The notes: generated from the letters alone by a model not told the origin. Counted from the stretch's first letter, positions 27,621-37,923 are shown. The stretch is 64,000 nt of DNA from an uncultured Clostridia bacterium (GCA_947625645.1 CANQPE010000001.1:74978-138977); one strand, 5' to 3'. Translations and numbers: made by a program.

Positions 27621-28931
27621 TTACATACCTGTTACTGGTAATTTTCTTAGGGTGGATACCGTTGTCTGTGTCTGTGTTTGTACTTGTTCTTCCTGCTCTG
27701 GTGTTACAATTTGTATTTGGGTTTGATTTTCTTTTGTTGGAATGACTGTCTTTATTTTTTCTTTGGCATTATTAATTGTAACAATCACTTTTTGGTTATA
27801 CCCTACTGTTACTTGTGTTGCCTCTGTATTTTCTACATATCCCTTGGGTTTTTTTGTTTCTTGGATGTAATAATTACCTGGCGCTAGGTGTTTTACATAA
27901 ATTTCTCCGTTTTCGTCCGTTTGCAGATTCGCAAAAATTGGTTCTTGATTTTTGTCTAAAATTGTAAATTCCACACCTTGTAATCTTTCTTTTGTTTCCT
28001 GATCTTGTTTGATAATTTGAATACTTCCTTCATTTTCTGTATATTTGTCTTCCTCTGCAATTTCTACTGTTTCTTCCTCTGCTCTAGTCAATGCGTATGG
28101 CTGGTATTCTGGGTTTTCTGGTACACCTTCAAGAATCATTCTAGATCTCAATTTTGCTTTTATCACAATTTCAAATGTTTTTTCTTCCTTCATTTCTTCG
28201 ATTGGTATTAGTATTTTAAATGCTTCATTTTCTTGAAATACATTTTTTTCGTTGTTATTCTCATCCGTTATTTTTAATGTATCTGTTCCTTCTGTATTTA
28301 CTTTATATTCTACAATAGGACTACCTGCTGTTACGTCATATGTCTTAGAAGCATACTGGGCGTCTACAGAATCAATTGTAAATTGTTCCTGACGTGCTTT
28401 TATGGTTACCGTAGTTGATGGCATCACTTCCTGTGAAGCTTGTGCATTGCTCACAATTTGTTTTAATGCTCTCAAAGTTCTTTCTCCTGCTTCTCCAATT
28501 GCTCCATAATCTTCTACGTTACGATTGTATAAATAACAATAAATTGCTTGTTGTGTTGCCATATATGCTTCTTCTGGTGTCTCACATCCTAATTCTTTTA
28601 ACGTCTTATATTCAAATCCATTTATGATATATTTCCATAGGTTTACATCATGAATAGAATCTTCTACCATCACTTTATATCCAAAATGGTTCGTAATTCC
28701 TTGTTTCGTTTCATCTATACAGTATGCAGGAAAAAATAATGCTTTTGTGGCACGATATATATAATATGTTTCTACGGTTTCTCCTTTGTAAGTTAATAAT
28801 TCTCCACAGCTTCCTGTTGTTCCTAACGACGTTGGTAACGTTGCTTTGGCCTGACTATATGGCATTAATAGCATGATACATAACATGCTTACGATGCTAA
28901 TCTTTTTTATTTTGTTTCCAATTGATTTCAA
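27621..28931 (-). CDS. secreted adhesin-like protein with a thioester-domain-like N-terminus and a Cna-B/SpaA-type domain; LPVTG motif without membrane tail
   Basis: 436 aa. TTG start with an AAGGAG RBS. Signal peptide. AYCIDETKQG and ATQQAIYCY resemble the TED Cys and TQxA(I/V)W motifs. GSIQIIKQD...GVEFTILD...GNYYIQETKKPKGY is Cna-B-like. The protein ends ...RKLPVTGM*. Confidence 0.65.
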   Translation of the reverse strand: MKSIGNKIKKISIVSMLCIMLLMPYSQAKATLPTSLGTTGSCGELLTYKGETVETYYIYRATKALFFPAYCIDETKQGITNHFGYKVMVEDSIHDVNLWKYIINGFEYKTLKELGCETPEEAYMATQQAIYCYLYNRNVEDYGAIGEAGERTLRALKQIVSNAQASQEVMPSTTVTIKARQEQFTIDSVDAQYASKTYDVTAGSPIVEYKVNTEGTDTLKITDENNNEKNVFQENEAFKILIPIEEMKEEKTFEIVIKAKLRSRMILEGVPENPEYQPYALTRAEEETVEIAEEDKYTENEGSIQIIKQDQETKERLQGVEFTILDKNQEPIFANLQTDENGEIYVKHLAPGNYYIQETKKPKGYVENTEATQVTVGYNQKVIVTINNAKEKIKTVIPTKENQTQIQIVTPEQEEQVQTQTQTTVSTLRKLPVTGM

Positions 28932-28943
28932 TGGTTTCTCCTT

Positions 28944-29534
28944 TCATGGTTGGGTTTCTATTTTCTCTTTTCCCGTTACACATCTTCTAAATTGTGGTTC
29001 ATCTTCTACACAGGTAATGAGTGTAATGGTGTTTTCTTGTGTTTCCTCTAGGTTTGTCCAATCTGTGTCTTGTATGATACGATTACTTGTTACAACATAT
29101 TCTTTTTGAAAATTTTGATATTGATATTGAATGACATCACCTTTTTTTAATAATTTTAAATTGGCAAAATAATTTACTGGATACCCTCTATTGTGTGCTG
29201 CTAATCCAATATTTCCATACATTCGACTTGTTTCTTCAAAATGCCCTATTTTTGTATTCATGGTTTCTTGCAAAGTTCCTTCTGCTATGTTAGCTTCTAA
29301 AGATATGCTTGGTATTTTGAGGTGCCATACATTTTCTTTTGTTTGCTTGTTGGGTTCTTCTATGACTGTATTTTGGACTTTTCCATCATAAAATTGTACT
29401 TTTATTGTGTCTTGTGTTGTGGGAATTTTAAGATCTCGAATTTGTTTGTGAATAAAACAAATAGAAAAAAATACAATAATTGAAAGAATAAAACTGATTG
29501 CATTAATATACTTTGTTGTATACAATTTATCCAT
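28944..29534 (-). CDS. sortase family transpeptidase
   Basis: 196 aa. N-terminal TM helix. IGLAAHNRG (catalytic His region) and ITLITCVEDE (TLxTC Cys motif). Confidence 0.85.
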   Translation of the reverse strand: MDKLYTTKYINAISFILSIIVFFSICFIHKQIRDLKIPTTQDTIKVQFYDGKVQNTVIEEPNKQTKENVWHLKIPSISLEANIAEGTLQETMNTKIGHFEETSRMYGNIGLAAHNRGYPVNYFANLKLLKKGDVIQYQYQNFQKEYVVTSNRIIQDTDWTNLEETQENTITLITCVEDEPQFRRCVTGKEKIETQP

Positions 29535-29774
29535 GCATATGCCTCACCTACCTTATTCGATTTTTTGCTTTTTCTGGGAATTGAAAGAAATAATTTTTTC
29601 GAAAAAATCATAAGATTAAAATTCCATATGGTTGTAATCTTATGGTAACATATTATCACAAAAAGTTAGATTTGTAAAGAACTTTTCATCGCAAAATTCG
29701 ACAAAAAGTTACAATATTCTGTTTCTAAATGGATTGTTAATTGGAAAAGAATGAATTCTTTTTAGGAGAAGCAA

Positions 29775-31262
29775 CTATGCTTCTCCCTTCTTTAAATCAA
29801 AATAAAATTCTACCCCATTTTCATGGTTGATAACTCCATATTTTTCATGGTAATGATTCATAACGGCTTTGACAAATGCTAATCCAATGCCACTTCCTCC
29901 ACTTTGTCTATTTCTGGATTTGTCGACTTTATAGAAGCGTTTCCATATATTTTCTATATCCTCTTTTGCAATCGTATCACCTGTATTAAAGACTTTAATC
30001 CTAACCTTTTTGCCTTCTTCTATTATTTGATGGTCTATGCGAATTTCTCTTTTTCCATTTATTTCTTTTACATTTTTAATTGCATTTGTCAAATAATTTG
30101 TGATAATTTGTTCAATATAAAAGTCATCTGCTACTACAAAAATTTCTTGCTTTGTATCTAACAAAATTTCAATATTTGTCTCATCTAATAGGACTTTTGT
30201 TTTTCGGATGACTTCTTGTTCTAACTCTACAATGTTAAATGTTGTGTTATGAAATTCACGTTTTCCATATTCTAATTTCATGAGTTCTAACAATTGTTTC
30301 ACAAGCCTATCCATTTTATTGGTTTCATCTAAAATGACTTCTGCATAAAATTTTCTGCTTTCTTCATCTGTATTTACATTTTCTAGTAATCCTTCACTAT
30401 ACCCTTGTATTAAAGCAATTGGCGTTTTTAGTTCATGTGATACATCTGAAATAAAGCTTTTTCGCATTTCATCTATTTTTGACTTTTTTTCAATATCTTT
30501 TTCTAACTCGATATTGGTACTACGTAATTGATTGATTGTTTCTTCTAATGTATCAGACATGGTATTAATACTTTTTCCTAAGTTATCAATTTCATCATCT
30601 GCATCTTTAATACGATATTTATGGCTAAAGTCTAAATTTGCCATTTTTTTAGCAATTTGATTTAATTCTAAAATTGGTTCTGTAAATTTTTTGGATATCA
30701 CAGACACCAAAATTGCAGATATAATGATTGTAAATCCTGCCATAAGAAGTAAGAAACGGTTTGAAATGCGCACACTATCTTGAATAGATGTAACTGGTAT
30801 TCTAATTTGTAAATGATATCCATTGTCAAATTTTCCACTTAGTACAATATAGCTTAATCCATTTTTAAAATCTTCTTGTTTTATAATCTTAAAGTTATTT
30901 GTGCTCTCTAATGTTTCTCCTCGATTCGTTTCATAAATAGCATAAAAATTTTTGTTATAATGATATACTGACATATTATCTTCATCTGATATGGTAATGT
31001 CAAAGTTGTTTTGTACGGCTATTTTTTCTAATTCTGCTTCCAAATCTAATCGTGGATTTTTTCCGTTGTAATAGTCATTTAGCTGGTAGTATAATTGTTT
31101 TAACGTGTTTTTTTTGGAATATAGATAGAAGTTTTCTAGGGCAAATGTATTTAATATAATTAAGAAGAATATGATGCAAAGTACCGCTATACATAATGTT
31201 AAAAACAGTTTTAATTTAACAGATTTGCTTATATTGTTTAGTTTGTTCATAAATTTCTTCAT
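29775..31262 (-). CDS. sensor histidine kinase (HAMP-HisKA-HATPase)
   Basis: 495 aa. Two TM helices. H-box FISDVSHELKTPIA. G-box GGSGIGLAFVK. Confidence 0.9.
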   Translation of the reverse strand: MKKFMNKLNNISKSVKLKLFLTLCIAVLCIIFFLIILNTFALENFYLYSKKNTLKQLYYQLNDYYNGKNPRLDLEAELEKIAVQNNFDITISDEDNMSVYHYNKNFYAIYETNRGETLESTNNFKIIKQEDFKNGLSYIVLSGKFDNGYHLQIRIPVTSIQDSVRISNRFLLLMAGFTIIISAILVSVISKKFTEPILELNQIAKKMANLDFSHKYRIKDADDEIDNLGKSINTMSDTLEETINQLRSTNIELEKDIEKKSKIDEMRKSFISDVSHELKTPIALIQGYSEGLLENVNTDEESRKFYAEVILDETNKMDRLVKQLLELMKLEYGKREFHNTTFNIVELEQEVIRKTKVLLDETNIEILLDTKQEIFVVADDFYIEQIITNYLTNAIKNVKEINGKREIRIDHQIIEEGKKVRIKVFNTGDTIAKEDIENIWKRFYKVDKSRNRQSGGSGIGLAFVKAVMNHYHEKYGVINHENGVEFYFDLKKGEA

Positions 31263-31276
31263 TTTTACTACTATAC

Positions 31277-31303
31277 CTTTCTTTTAGGCACAAATCTGGT
31301 TGC
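31277..31303 (-). repeat. conserved pre-SD leader box, copy upstream of the histidine kinase gene (GCAACCAGATTTGTGCCTAAAAGAAAGG)
   Basis: Shares the 15-mer CAGATTTGTGCCTAA with the gatB copy. Confidence 0.5.
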
Positions 31304-31322
31304 AAAAATTTTTACTTAACAT

Positions 31323-32012
31323 TTATTTTTCAGCCTTTACCTCAAATTTATACCCAATCCCTCTAATTGTTTTTATATATTTCCCTTTTTTTCCTAACTT
31401 ATGTCTTAATTTTTTGACATGACTGTCTATCGTTCTAGAGTCTCCGTAATAGTCATAATTCCATACATTATTTAAAATTTTATCTCTAGATAATGCAATG
31501 TTTTCATTTTCAACTAGATATGTTAACAATTCATACTCTCTTAGGCTTAATTCAATGTTTTTTCCTTCAATGGCAACCGTTCTACCTTCTTTATTGATTT
31601 CAATTCCGCCATAGTCTCTCACTGCATTTTCTTCGCCTTGTGTTCTTCGTAAAATAGCTTCTACTCTTGCCACAAGTATTTTAGGGCGTATGGGCTTGGT
31701 AATATACTCATCAACGCCTAATTCAAACCCAAATAACTCGTCTTGTTCTTCGCCTCTTGCTGTTAGCATAATAATAGGAATTTTTTTGTCTGTTTGTCTA
31801 ATTTGCCTTAGTACAGACCAACCGTCTAATTTTGGCATCATGACATCTAATAAGATTAACTTAATTTTTGTTTGATTTTGTTCATATATTTCAATTGCTT
31901 TTTCTCCGTCTTCTGCCTCTAAAATGGAATATCCTTTATTCATTAAAAAATCCTTAATTAATTTTCTCATTCTTGCTTCATCATCTACAACTAAAATTGA
32001 ATCTTGTATCAT
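31323..32012 (-). CDS. OmpR-family response regulator
   Basis: 229 aa. REC domain (ILVVDDE...LDVMMPKLDG) plus a winged-helix C-terminus (IKTIRGIGYKF). Confidence 0.9.
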   Translation of the reverse strand: MIQDSILVVDDEARMRKLIKDFLMNKGYSILEAEDGEKAIEIYEQNQTKIKLILLDVMMPKLDGWSVLRQIRQTDKKIPIIMLTARGEEQDELFGFELGVDEYITKPIRPKILVARVEAILRRTQGEENAVRDYGGIEINKEGRTVAIEGKNIELSLREYELLTYLVENENIALSRDKILNNVWNYDYYGDSRTIDSHVKKLRHKLGKKGKYIKTIRGIGYKFEVKAEK

Positions 32013-32075
32013 GGTTTTCCCTTCCTTTTTACAATGGCTTTCCTATTATATGAAAAAGCATGTAAATACATGCTC

Positions 32076-33239
32076 TTATCCCATATAGTCTTTTAATTTT
32101 TTGCTTCTGCTAGGGTGTCTTAATTTTCGGAGTGCTTTTGCTTCAATTTGTCTAATTCTTTCACGCGTTACATTAAATTCTCGTCCTACTTCTTCTAAAG
32201 TTCTTGATTTTCCGTCTTCTAGTCCAAACCTTAATTTTAAAACTTTTGCTTCTCTTGGTGTTAATGTGTTCATGACATCTTCTAATTGTTCTCTTAATAA
32301 GGTATAAGATGCAGCATCATGTGGAGCTGGGCTGTCTTCATCTTGAATAAAATCTCCCAAATGGCTATCATCTTCTTCTCCAATTGGTGTTTCTAATGAT
32401 ACTGGATCTTGTGCAATCTTTTGAATTTCTGCTACCTTTTCTACTGGAATTTCCATTTCTTTTGCAATTTCTTCTGTAGATGGTTCTCTTCCCAATTGTT
32501 GCAATAAATGTCTAGAGGTACGAATTAATTTGTTGATTGTCTCTACCATGTGTACTGGTATTCTAATGGTTCTTGCTTGGTCTGCTATCGCTCTTGTAAT
32601 GGCTTGTTTAATCCACCATGTAGCATAGGTACTAAATTTAAACCCTTTTGTGTAGTCAAATTTTTCAACAGCTTTCATAAGCCCCATATTTCCTTCTTGG
32701 ATTAAATCTAAAAATAACATTCCTCTTCCCACATATCGTTTTGCAATACTAACAACTAAACGTAAATTGGCTTCTGCCAATTTCTGTTTTGCTTCTTCGT
32801 CTCCATCTAGCATTTTTTTGGCAAGTTCTAATTCTTGTTCATATGATAATAAGGGGATTCTTCCTATTTCTCTTAAATACATTCTAACTGGATCATCTAC
32901 ATTAACGCCTTCAAAACTACTGTCTGTAAAGTCTTCTAATTTTAATTCCTCTACTTCTTTTAAATCTTCAATGTCTGGTTCTTCATCAAAATCATCTTGT
33001 AATAAATCCATTCCCATTTCTTCAAAGGCATCAAAAACAGAATCCATCTGTTCTGGATTAACCTCATCTAACTGTTTTGCTAAATCTTCGTATGTGATTT
33101 TTCCTTTTTCTTTTACTTCTTTTAAGATGTTTTGCACTGCTGCATTTTTAATTTCCTCTTCTGTTTTTTCTTCTGGAACATTTGCATTTTTTTTCATTTC
33201 TTCTTTCTCATTCACTTCTTCTTTGCTTTTTTTTGGCAT
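32076..33239 (-). CDS. rpoD: RNA polymerase primary sigma factor
   Basis: 387 aa. Acidic N-terminus. Regions 2-4 include [30 protein letters not shown]. Confidence 0.95.
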   Translation of the reverse strand: MPKKSKEEVNEKEEMKKNANVPEEKTEEEIKNAAVQNILKEVKEKGKITYEDLAKQLDEVNPEQMDSVFDAFEEMGMDLLQDDFDEEPDIEDLKEVEELKLEDFTDSSFEGVNVDDPVRMYLREIGRIPLLSYEQELELAKKMLDGDEEAKQKLAEANLRLVVSIAKRYVGRGMLFLDLIQEGNMGLMKAVEKFDYTKGFKFSTYATWWIKQAITRAIADQARTIRIPVHMVETINKLIRTSRHLLQQLGREPSTEEIAKEMEIPVEKVAEIQKIAQDPVSLETPIGEEDDSHLGDFIQDEDSPAPHDAASYTLLREQLEDVMNTLTPREAKVLKLRFGLEDGKSRTLEEVGREFNVTRERIRQIEAKALRKLRHPSRSKKLKDYMG

Positions 33240-33251
33240 TCTGATTCACTC

Positions 33252-35030
33252 CTACTTCATTTTTGCTAATTGAATAATGACTTCACTTAGCTCTTTTTCT
33301 AATTCCTTTTTCTCAGTTTCTGATTCTTTTCTATCTAATAATGATAAAATTTCCATTTTCCTGCTATTTAATTTTTCTCTTTGGTAACTATGTAATACGT
33401 CATCAATGGCTTTTTCCATGTCGTCAATTTCATAGTCATCTGCCATAATAGCAGTAATATGGCTTTGCTCTTCTTCCCCAAAACTGTCTAATATACTATT
33501 AATATTACTATTTCCTTTTTCAAATTCTTCATACAGTTTTTTTGCAATTTGTTGATTTGTTGCCTCTTTAAATTCTTCTGCTTTTATATTTTGTTTGATG
33601 ATTTCATATAGGTTTAAGTCCCCTGTTAACAAAATGGATAAAATCATATTTTCTCTTTTTTGGATTGCTGGTGAAACTTGTGAAGATGGTTCTTTTTTAT
33701 GGACAACACTTTTTCGTTTTTCTAATATTTTTTGTCCTTGTGTGCCTGCATACAATAATTTATTGACTTCTGCATAGATTGCTTCTTTTGAGATTTCATA
33801 CTCTTTTGCAATTTTTTCAATATATATTTCTCGTTCCATCGTATTAGGTATTCTTGAAATTAACTTTGCAATTTCGTTTAAGAATTTTATTTTGTCATTT
33901 ACATTTTCAATGTTTAACTGATTGCGTAATAATTTTACTTTGAATTCCAAAATAGATATGGCTTTTTCTATTAGATTTTGAAATCTGGCATTTCCATATT
34001 TAATAATGTATTCATCGGGATCCTTTGCCCCTTCCATTTGCAAAACACGCATATCACATCCCATGTTTTGTAAAATATCAATTGCCCTAATTTTTGCATT
34101 TAAGCCTGCTTCGTCTGCATCAAAACTTAATATAATCTGCTCTGCATTTTTGCGTAATAGAAAGCCCTGTTGTTGTGTTAAAGCTGTTCCTAAAGGTGCT
34201 ACCACATTTTTAATTCCTCTTTGGTGTAAAGAAATGACATCCATATATCCTTCTACAATTAAGATTTTTTTCAAGTCTACTTTTTTAGCAACATTCAGAC
34301 CAAATAAATTTCTTCCTTTGCTATATACAATATTTTCTGGCGAGTTAATGTATTTTGGTTTTGAATCATCTAAAACTCTTCCTCCAAATGCAATTACTTT
34401 TCCTCGTGCATCACAAATAGGGAACATAAGTCTATTACGATAGCGGTCAATGTATTGTCCATTATCATTTCGGTTGACCAACCCAGATTCTAAAATTTCT
34501 TTTTCTTCAAAGCCTTGTTTTTTTAATGCTATGTAAAGTTCTTCAAATTTTCCTGAGAAACCAATTTGAAATGCTTCTAATGTCTCTTGTGTTAGCATCC
34601 TTTTTTTGACGTATTCTTGTGCCATTTTGGCATTTGCCGTGTATAAATTTTTATGATAAAACTCTGCTGCGAATTTGTTTACTTGGTACACTTTTGCCTT
34701 TAGTTCTTCTTTTTGTGCATCCCCATTGTTTTGTAATGTTGGAAGTTGTATGTTGGCTCTATCTGCTAACAGTTGAACTGCTTCTATAAAGTTAATCCCT
34801 TCTATTTTCATAACAAAAGAAATGACATTGCCACCTGCACCACATCCAAAGCAATGGAATATTTGCTTATCTGGCGAAACGGAAAATGATGGTGATTTTT
34901 CGTTGTGAAAGGGGCATAATCCGAAATAGTTTCTACCACTTCGCTTTAATTGCATGTATTGTGAAATAACATCTACTATGTCATTTGTTTGTCTTACATC
35001 TTCAATGATTTCTTCACTATATCTAACCAT
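33252..35030 (-). CDS. dnaG: DNA primase
   Basis: 592 aa. Zinc ribbon CPFHNEKSPSFSVSPDKQIFHCFGCG. TOPRIM EGYMDV. Confidence 0.95.
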   Translation of the reverse strand: MVRYSEEIIEDVRQTNDIVDVISQYMQLKRSGRNYFGLCPFHNEKSPSFSVSPDKQIFHCFGCGAGGNVISFVMKIEGINFIEAVQLLADRANIQLPTLQNNGDAQKEELKAKVYQVNKFAAEFYHKNLYTANAKMAQEYVKKRMLTQETLEAFQIGFSGKFEELYIALKKQGFEEKEILESGLVNRNDNGQYIDRYRNRLMFPICDARGKVIAFGGRVLDDSKPKYINSPENIVYSKGRNLFGLNVAKKVDLKKILIVEGYMDVISLHQRGIKNVVAPLGTALTQQQGFLLRKNAEQIILSFDADEAGLNAKIRAIDILQNMGCDMRVLQMEGAKDPDEYIIKYGNARFQNLIEKAISILEFKVKLLRNQLNIENVNDKIKFLNEIAKLISRIPNTMEREIYIEKIAKEYEISKEAIYAEVNKLLYAGTQGQKILEKRKSVVHKKEPSSQVSPAIQKRENMILSILLTGDLNLYEIIKQNIKAEEFKEATNQQIAKKLYEEFEKGNSNINSILDSFGEEEQSHITAIMADDYEIDDMEKAIDDVLHSYQREKLNSRKMEILSLLDRKESETEKKELEKELSEVIIQLAKMK

Positions 35031-35127
35031 TTTCCCCTACTTTCTTTCTTAATTTTTCCTTTTTCTCGCTATATTATTATTATTCGACGTATTTTACATA
35101 AATCCTTCTTTCAAACCAAAATTTTTT

Positions 35128-35157
35128 GGACAAAAAAGAACCGTCCCTAATTGTCCC
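35128..35157. repeat. single-arm copy of the GGGACGGTTC-type repeat
   Basis: ggacaaaaaagaaccgtccctaattgtccc matches the right arm of the 10985-11067 palindrome with 2 mismatches. Confidence 0.6.
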
Positions 35158-35162
35158 AACTA

Positions 35163-35210
35163 AAAATAGAGAATATGTTCCACATAGGTGGTGTAATATT
35201 CTCTATTTTT
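35163..35210 (-). terminator. adhE terminator hairpin
   Basis: aaaatagagaatat / atattctctatttt stem with flanking A/T runs, 24 nt after the adhE stop. Confidence 0.6.
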
Positions 35211-35233
35211 ATGATTTCTAAGTTATCTTTATA

Positions 35234-37834
35234 TTATTTTCCATAATAGCTGTCTAATAGAATTTGTTTGATTTCAGAGACAAGTGGTACCCTTGGGTTG
35301 GCTGTGGTACACTGGTCTTCAAATGCTCTGTCTGCTAACATATCTACTTTTGATAAAAATTCTTGTTCTTCAATTCCTGCTTCTTTAAACGTTTTTGGCA
35401 TGTTTAAATGGGCATTGAGTTCTTGTATTTTTTGGATTAAACTTTCAATGGCTTGTTCTTTTGTGTCTGCTTGTAATCCTAATTTTTTGGCTATATTGGC
35501 ATATTTTTGGTCTGCAATAAAATATTCATATTTTGGAAATGATACAAATTTTGTTGGTTCACTTGCATTGTAACGAATGACATATGGTAATAATATTGCA
35601 TTAATGCGTCCGTGTGGTAAATGGAATTCTGCTCCTATTTTATGAGCAATGGAATGGTTAACACCTAAAAATGCATTGGTAAATGCCATTCCTGCTATTG
35701 TACTTGCATTATGCATCTTTTCTCTTGCCCTTTTATTACTTCCATCATCGTACGCTTTTTCTAAATTTTCAAATACCAATTCTACAGCTTTTTCTGCTAA
35801 TCCATCTGTATAATCTGATGCCATATTTGAAACATATGCTTCTAATGCATGTGTTAATACATCCATTCCTGTGTCTGCCGTTACAGATTTTGGTAAACTC
35901 ATCACTAGGTCCGGATCTACAATTGCTACATCTGGTGTCAACTCATAATCTGCTAATGGATATTTTTTATTCATCTTTTTATCTGTAATAACTGCAAATG
36001 AAGTTACTTCTGAACCCGTTCCTGAAGTAGTAGGAATGGCAACCATTTTACATTTTTCTCCGAGTTTTGGGAATTTATACGTACGTTTGCGAATATCCAT
36101 AAATTTTAATTTTAATCCTTCTATATCTGCATCTGGATGTTCATAGAAGAGCCACATTCCTTTTGCTGCATCAATTGGACTGCCTCCTCCAACTGCTATA
36201 ATGACATCTGGATGGAAATTTTCCATCATTTTTACACCTTTTTGAATCGTATCAAAGGATGGGTCTGATTCTACTTCGCTGAAAATCTCTGAATGTACAT
36301 GTTTTTGCCTTTTTCTTAAGTGATATAGTACTTTATCTACATATCCTAATTTTACCATTCCTTCATCTGTGACAATAAATGCTCTTTCAATATCTGGCAT
36401 TTTTTCTAAGTATGAAATAGAACCCGCTTCAAAATAAATTTTTTCTGGAACTTTAAACCATTGCATATTAACCCTCCTATCTGCTACCCTTTTGATATTA
36501 ATTAAATTAACGGATGATACATTTGCTGTTGTAGAATTTCCTCCAAATGAACCACACCCAAGTGTTAGTGATGGCATATTGGTATTATAGATGTCTCCAA
36601 TCGCTCCGTGGGTAGAGGGAGAATTGACAATAATTCTTCCTGCTTTCATGGTTTCAGAAAATTGGTTGATGACTTCTTTGTCTTCTGCATGAATAACAGC
36701 AGAATGTCCTAATCCTCCAAATTCTAACAATCTTTCTGACTTTTCTATTCCTTCTTGTGCATTTTCTACAATATAGTAGGTTAACACCGGACTTAGCTTT
36801 TCCTTTGAAAATGGATATTCTCTTCCAATCCCTTCTTCATAAACCACTAGAATTTTAGTTTCTTTAGGAATTTCAAACCCTGCTTCTTTTGCAATTGCAT
36901 AGGCTGATTTGCCTGGAATATGCGATTTTAATTTGTATCCATATTCTTCTGTATTTTCAAACATATATGCTTGTAGTTTTTCTTTTTCTTCTGGATTTAC
37001 AAAATAGCTTCCTGCTTCTTTCATATATGCCTCAAATGGTTGATAGATAGCTTTGTCAACCAATACTGCTTGCTCTGAAGCACAAATCATTCCATTGTCA
37101 AATGCTTTTGATAATACGACATCGTTCACTGACGTTTGTAGTTTGGCAGATTCGTGAATATAGCATGGTACATTTCCTGGTCCAACACCTAATGCTGGTT
37201 TTCCACAAGAATAGGCAGACCTTACCATTCCCGTTCCTCCTGTTGCTAAAATTAAATTGACATCTGGATGGTTCATTAATTCTCTTGTTGCTTCAATAGA
37301 TGGGTTTTCTATCCATAAAATACAATTTTCTGGTGCTCCTGCTGCTACAGCTGCATCTCTTAAAATTCTTGCTGCTTCACTGCTTGATTTCTGAGCGGAT
37401 GGATGGAAGCCGAATATAATAACATTTCTCGTTTTAGCTGAAATAATGGATTTAAACATGGTGGTAGATGTTGGATTTGTCACAGGAGTAACACCTGCAA
37501 TAATTCCTACTGGCTCTGCGATTTCGACATAGCCTTCTTCTGCATTTTCATTGACAACCCCTACTGTTTTTTCATACTTAATACTATGATAGATGTATTC
37601 TGTTGCAAACATATTCTTTGTAATTTTGTCTTCATACACCCCACGCCCTGTTTCTTTAACAGCTAATTTTGCCAATTCCATGTGATGTTCTAACCCTGCC
37701 ATAGACATAGCTTTTACGATTTTGTCAACTTGCTCTTGATTTAATTCTAAGTATTGTTTTGATGCAATTTTGGCTTTTTCTACCAAATCATTTATCATTT
37801 GTTTGGTTTTTTCTTGTTCTACTGTATCCTCCAT
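35234..37834 (-). CDS. adhE: bifunctional acetaldehyde-CoA/alcohol dehydrogenase
   Basis: 866 aa. N-terminal ALDH domain fused to a C-terminal iron-type ADH domain (GGGSPIDAAK). Confidence 0.95.
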   Translation of the reverse strand: MEDTVEQEKTKQMINDLVEKAKIASKQYLELNQEQVDKIVKAMSMAGLEHHMELAKLAVKETGRGVYEDKITKNMFATEYIYHSIKYEKTVGVVNENAEEGYVEIAEPVGIIAGVTPVTNPTSTTMFKSIISAKTRNVIIFGFHPSAQKSSSEAARILRDAAVAAGAPENCILWIENPSIEATRELMNHPDVNLILATGGTGMVRSAYSCGKPALGVGPGNVPCYIHESAKLQTSVNDVVLSKAFDNGMICASEQAVLVDKAIYQPFEAYMKEAGSYFVNPEEKEKLQAYMFENTEEYGYKLKSHIPGKSAYAIAKEAGFEIPKETKILVVYEEGIGREYPFSKEKLSPVLTYYIVENAQEGIEKSERLLEFGGLGHSAVIHAEDKEVINQFSETMKAGRIIVNSPSTHGAIGDIYNTNMPSLTLGCGSFGGNSTTANVSSVNLINIKRVADRRVNMQWFKVPEKIYFEAGSISYLEKMPDIERAFIVTDEGMVKLGYVDKVLYHLRKRQKHVHSEIFSEVESDPSFDTIQKGVKMMENFHPDVIIAVGGGSPIDAAKGMWLFYEHPDADIEGLKLKFMDIRKRTYKFPKLGEKCKMVAIPTTSGTGSEVTSFAVITDKKMNKKYPLADYELTPDVAIVDPDLVMSLPKSVTADTGMDVLTHALEAYVSNMASDYTDGLAEKAVELVFENLEKAYDDGSNKRAREKMHNASTIAGMAFTNAFLGVNHSIAHKIGAEFHLPHGRINAILLPYVIRYNASEPTKFVSFPKYEYFIADQKYANIAKKLGLQADTKEQAIESLIQKIQELNAHLNMPKTFKEAGIEEQEFLSKVDMLADRAFEDQCTTANPRVPLVSEIKQILLDSYYGK

Positions 37835-37864
37835 AAAAATTCCTCCTTAGCATTATTATATCCA

Positions 37865-37893
37865 ATTATATAAATTTTATCATGAAAAGTCAA
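37865..37893 (-). promoter_or_regulatory. adhE promoter
   Basis: Minus strand reads TTGACT (37893-37888)-17 nt-TATAAT (37870-37865), about 30 nt upstream of the ATG. Confidence 0.6.
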
Positions 37894-37923
37894 GAGAGAA
37901 CTAACATTTCTGTTAGTTCTCTC
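37894..37923 (-). terminator. hairpin at the 3' end of the orphan ORF
   Basis: gagagaactaaca-tttc-tgttagttctctc: perfect 13-bp stem overlapping the stop at 37913, followed by T-rich sequence on the minus strand. Confidence 0.55.

Noticed and set aside
29402-29659. 85-aa ORF overlapping the sortase start and leader
   Set aside because: It overlaps the sortase N-terminus out of frame and spans the promoter/hairpin region. It has no RBS.
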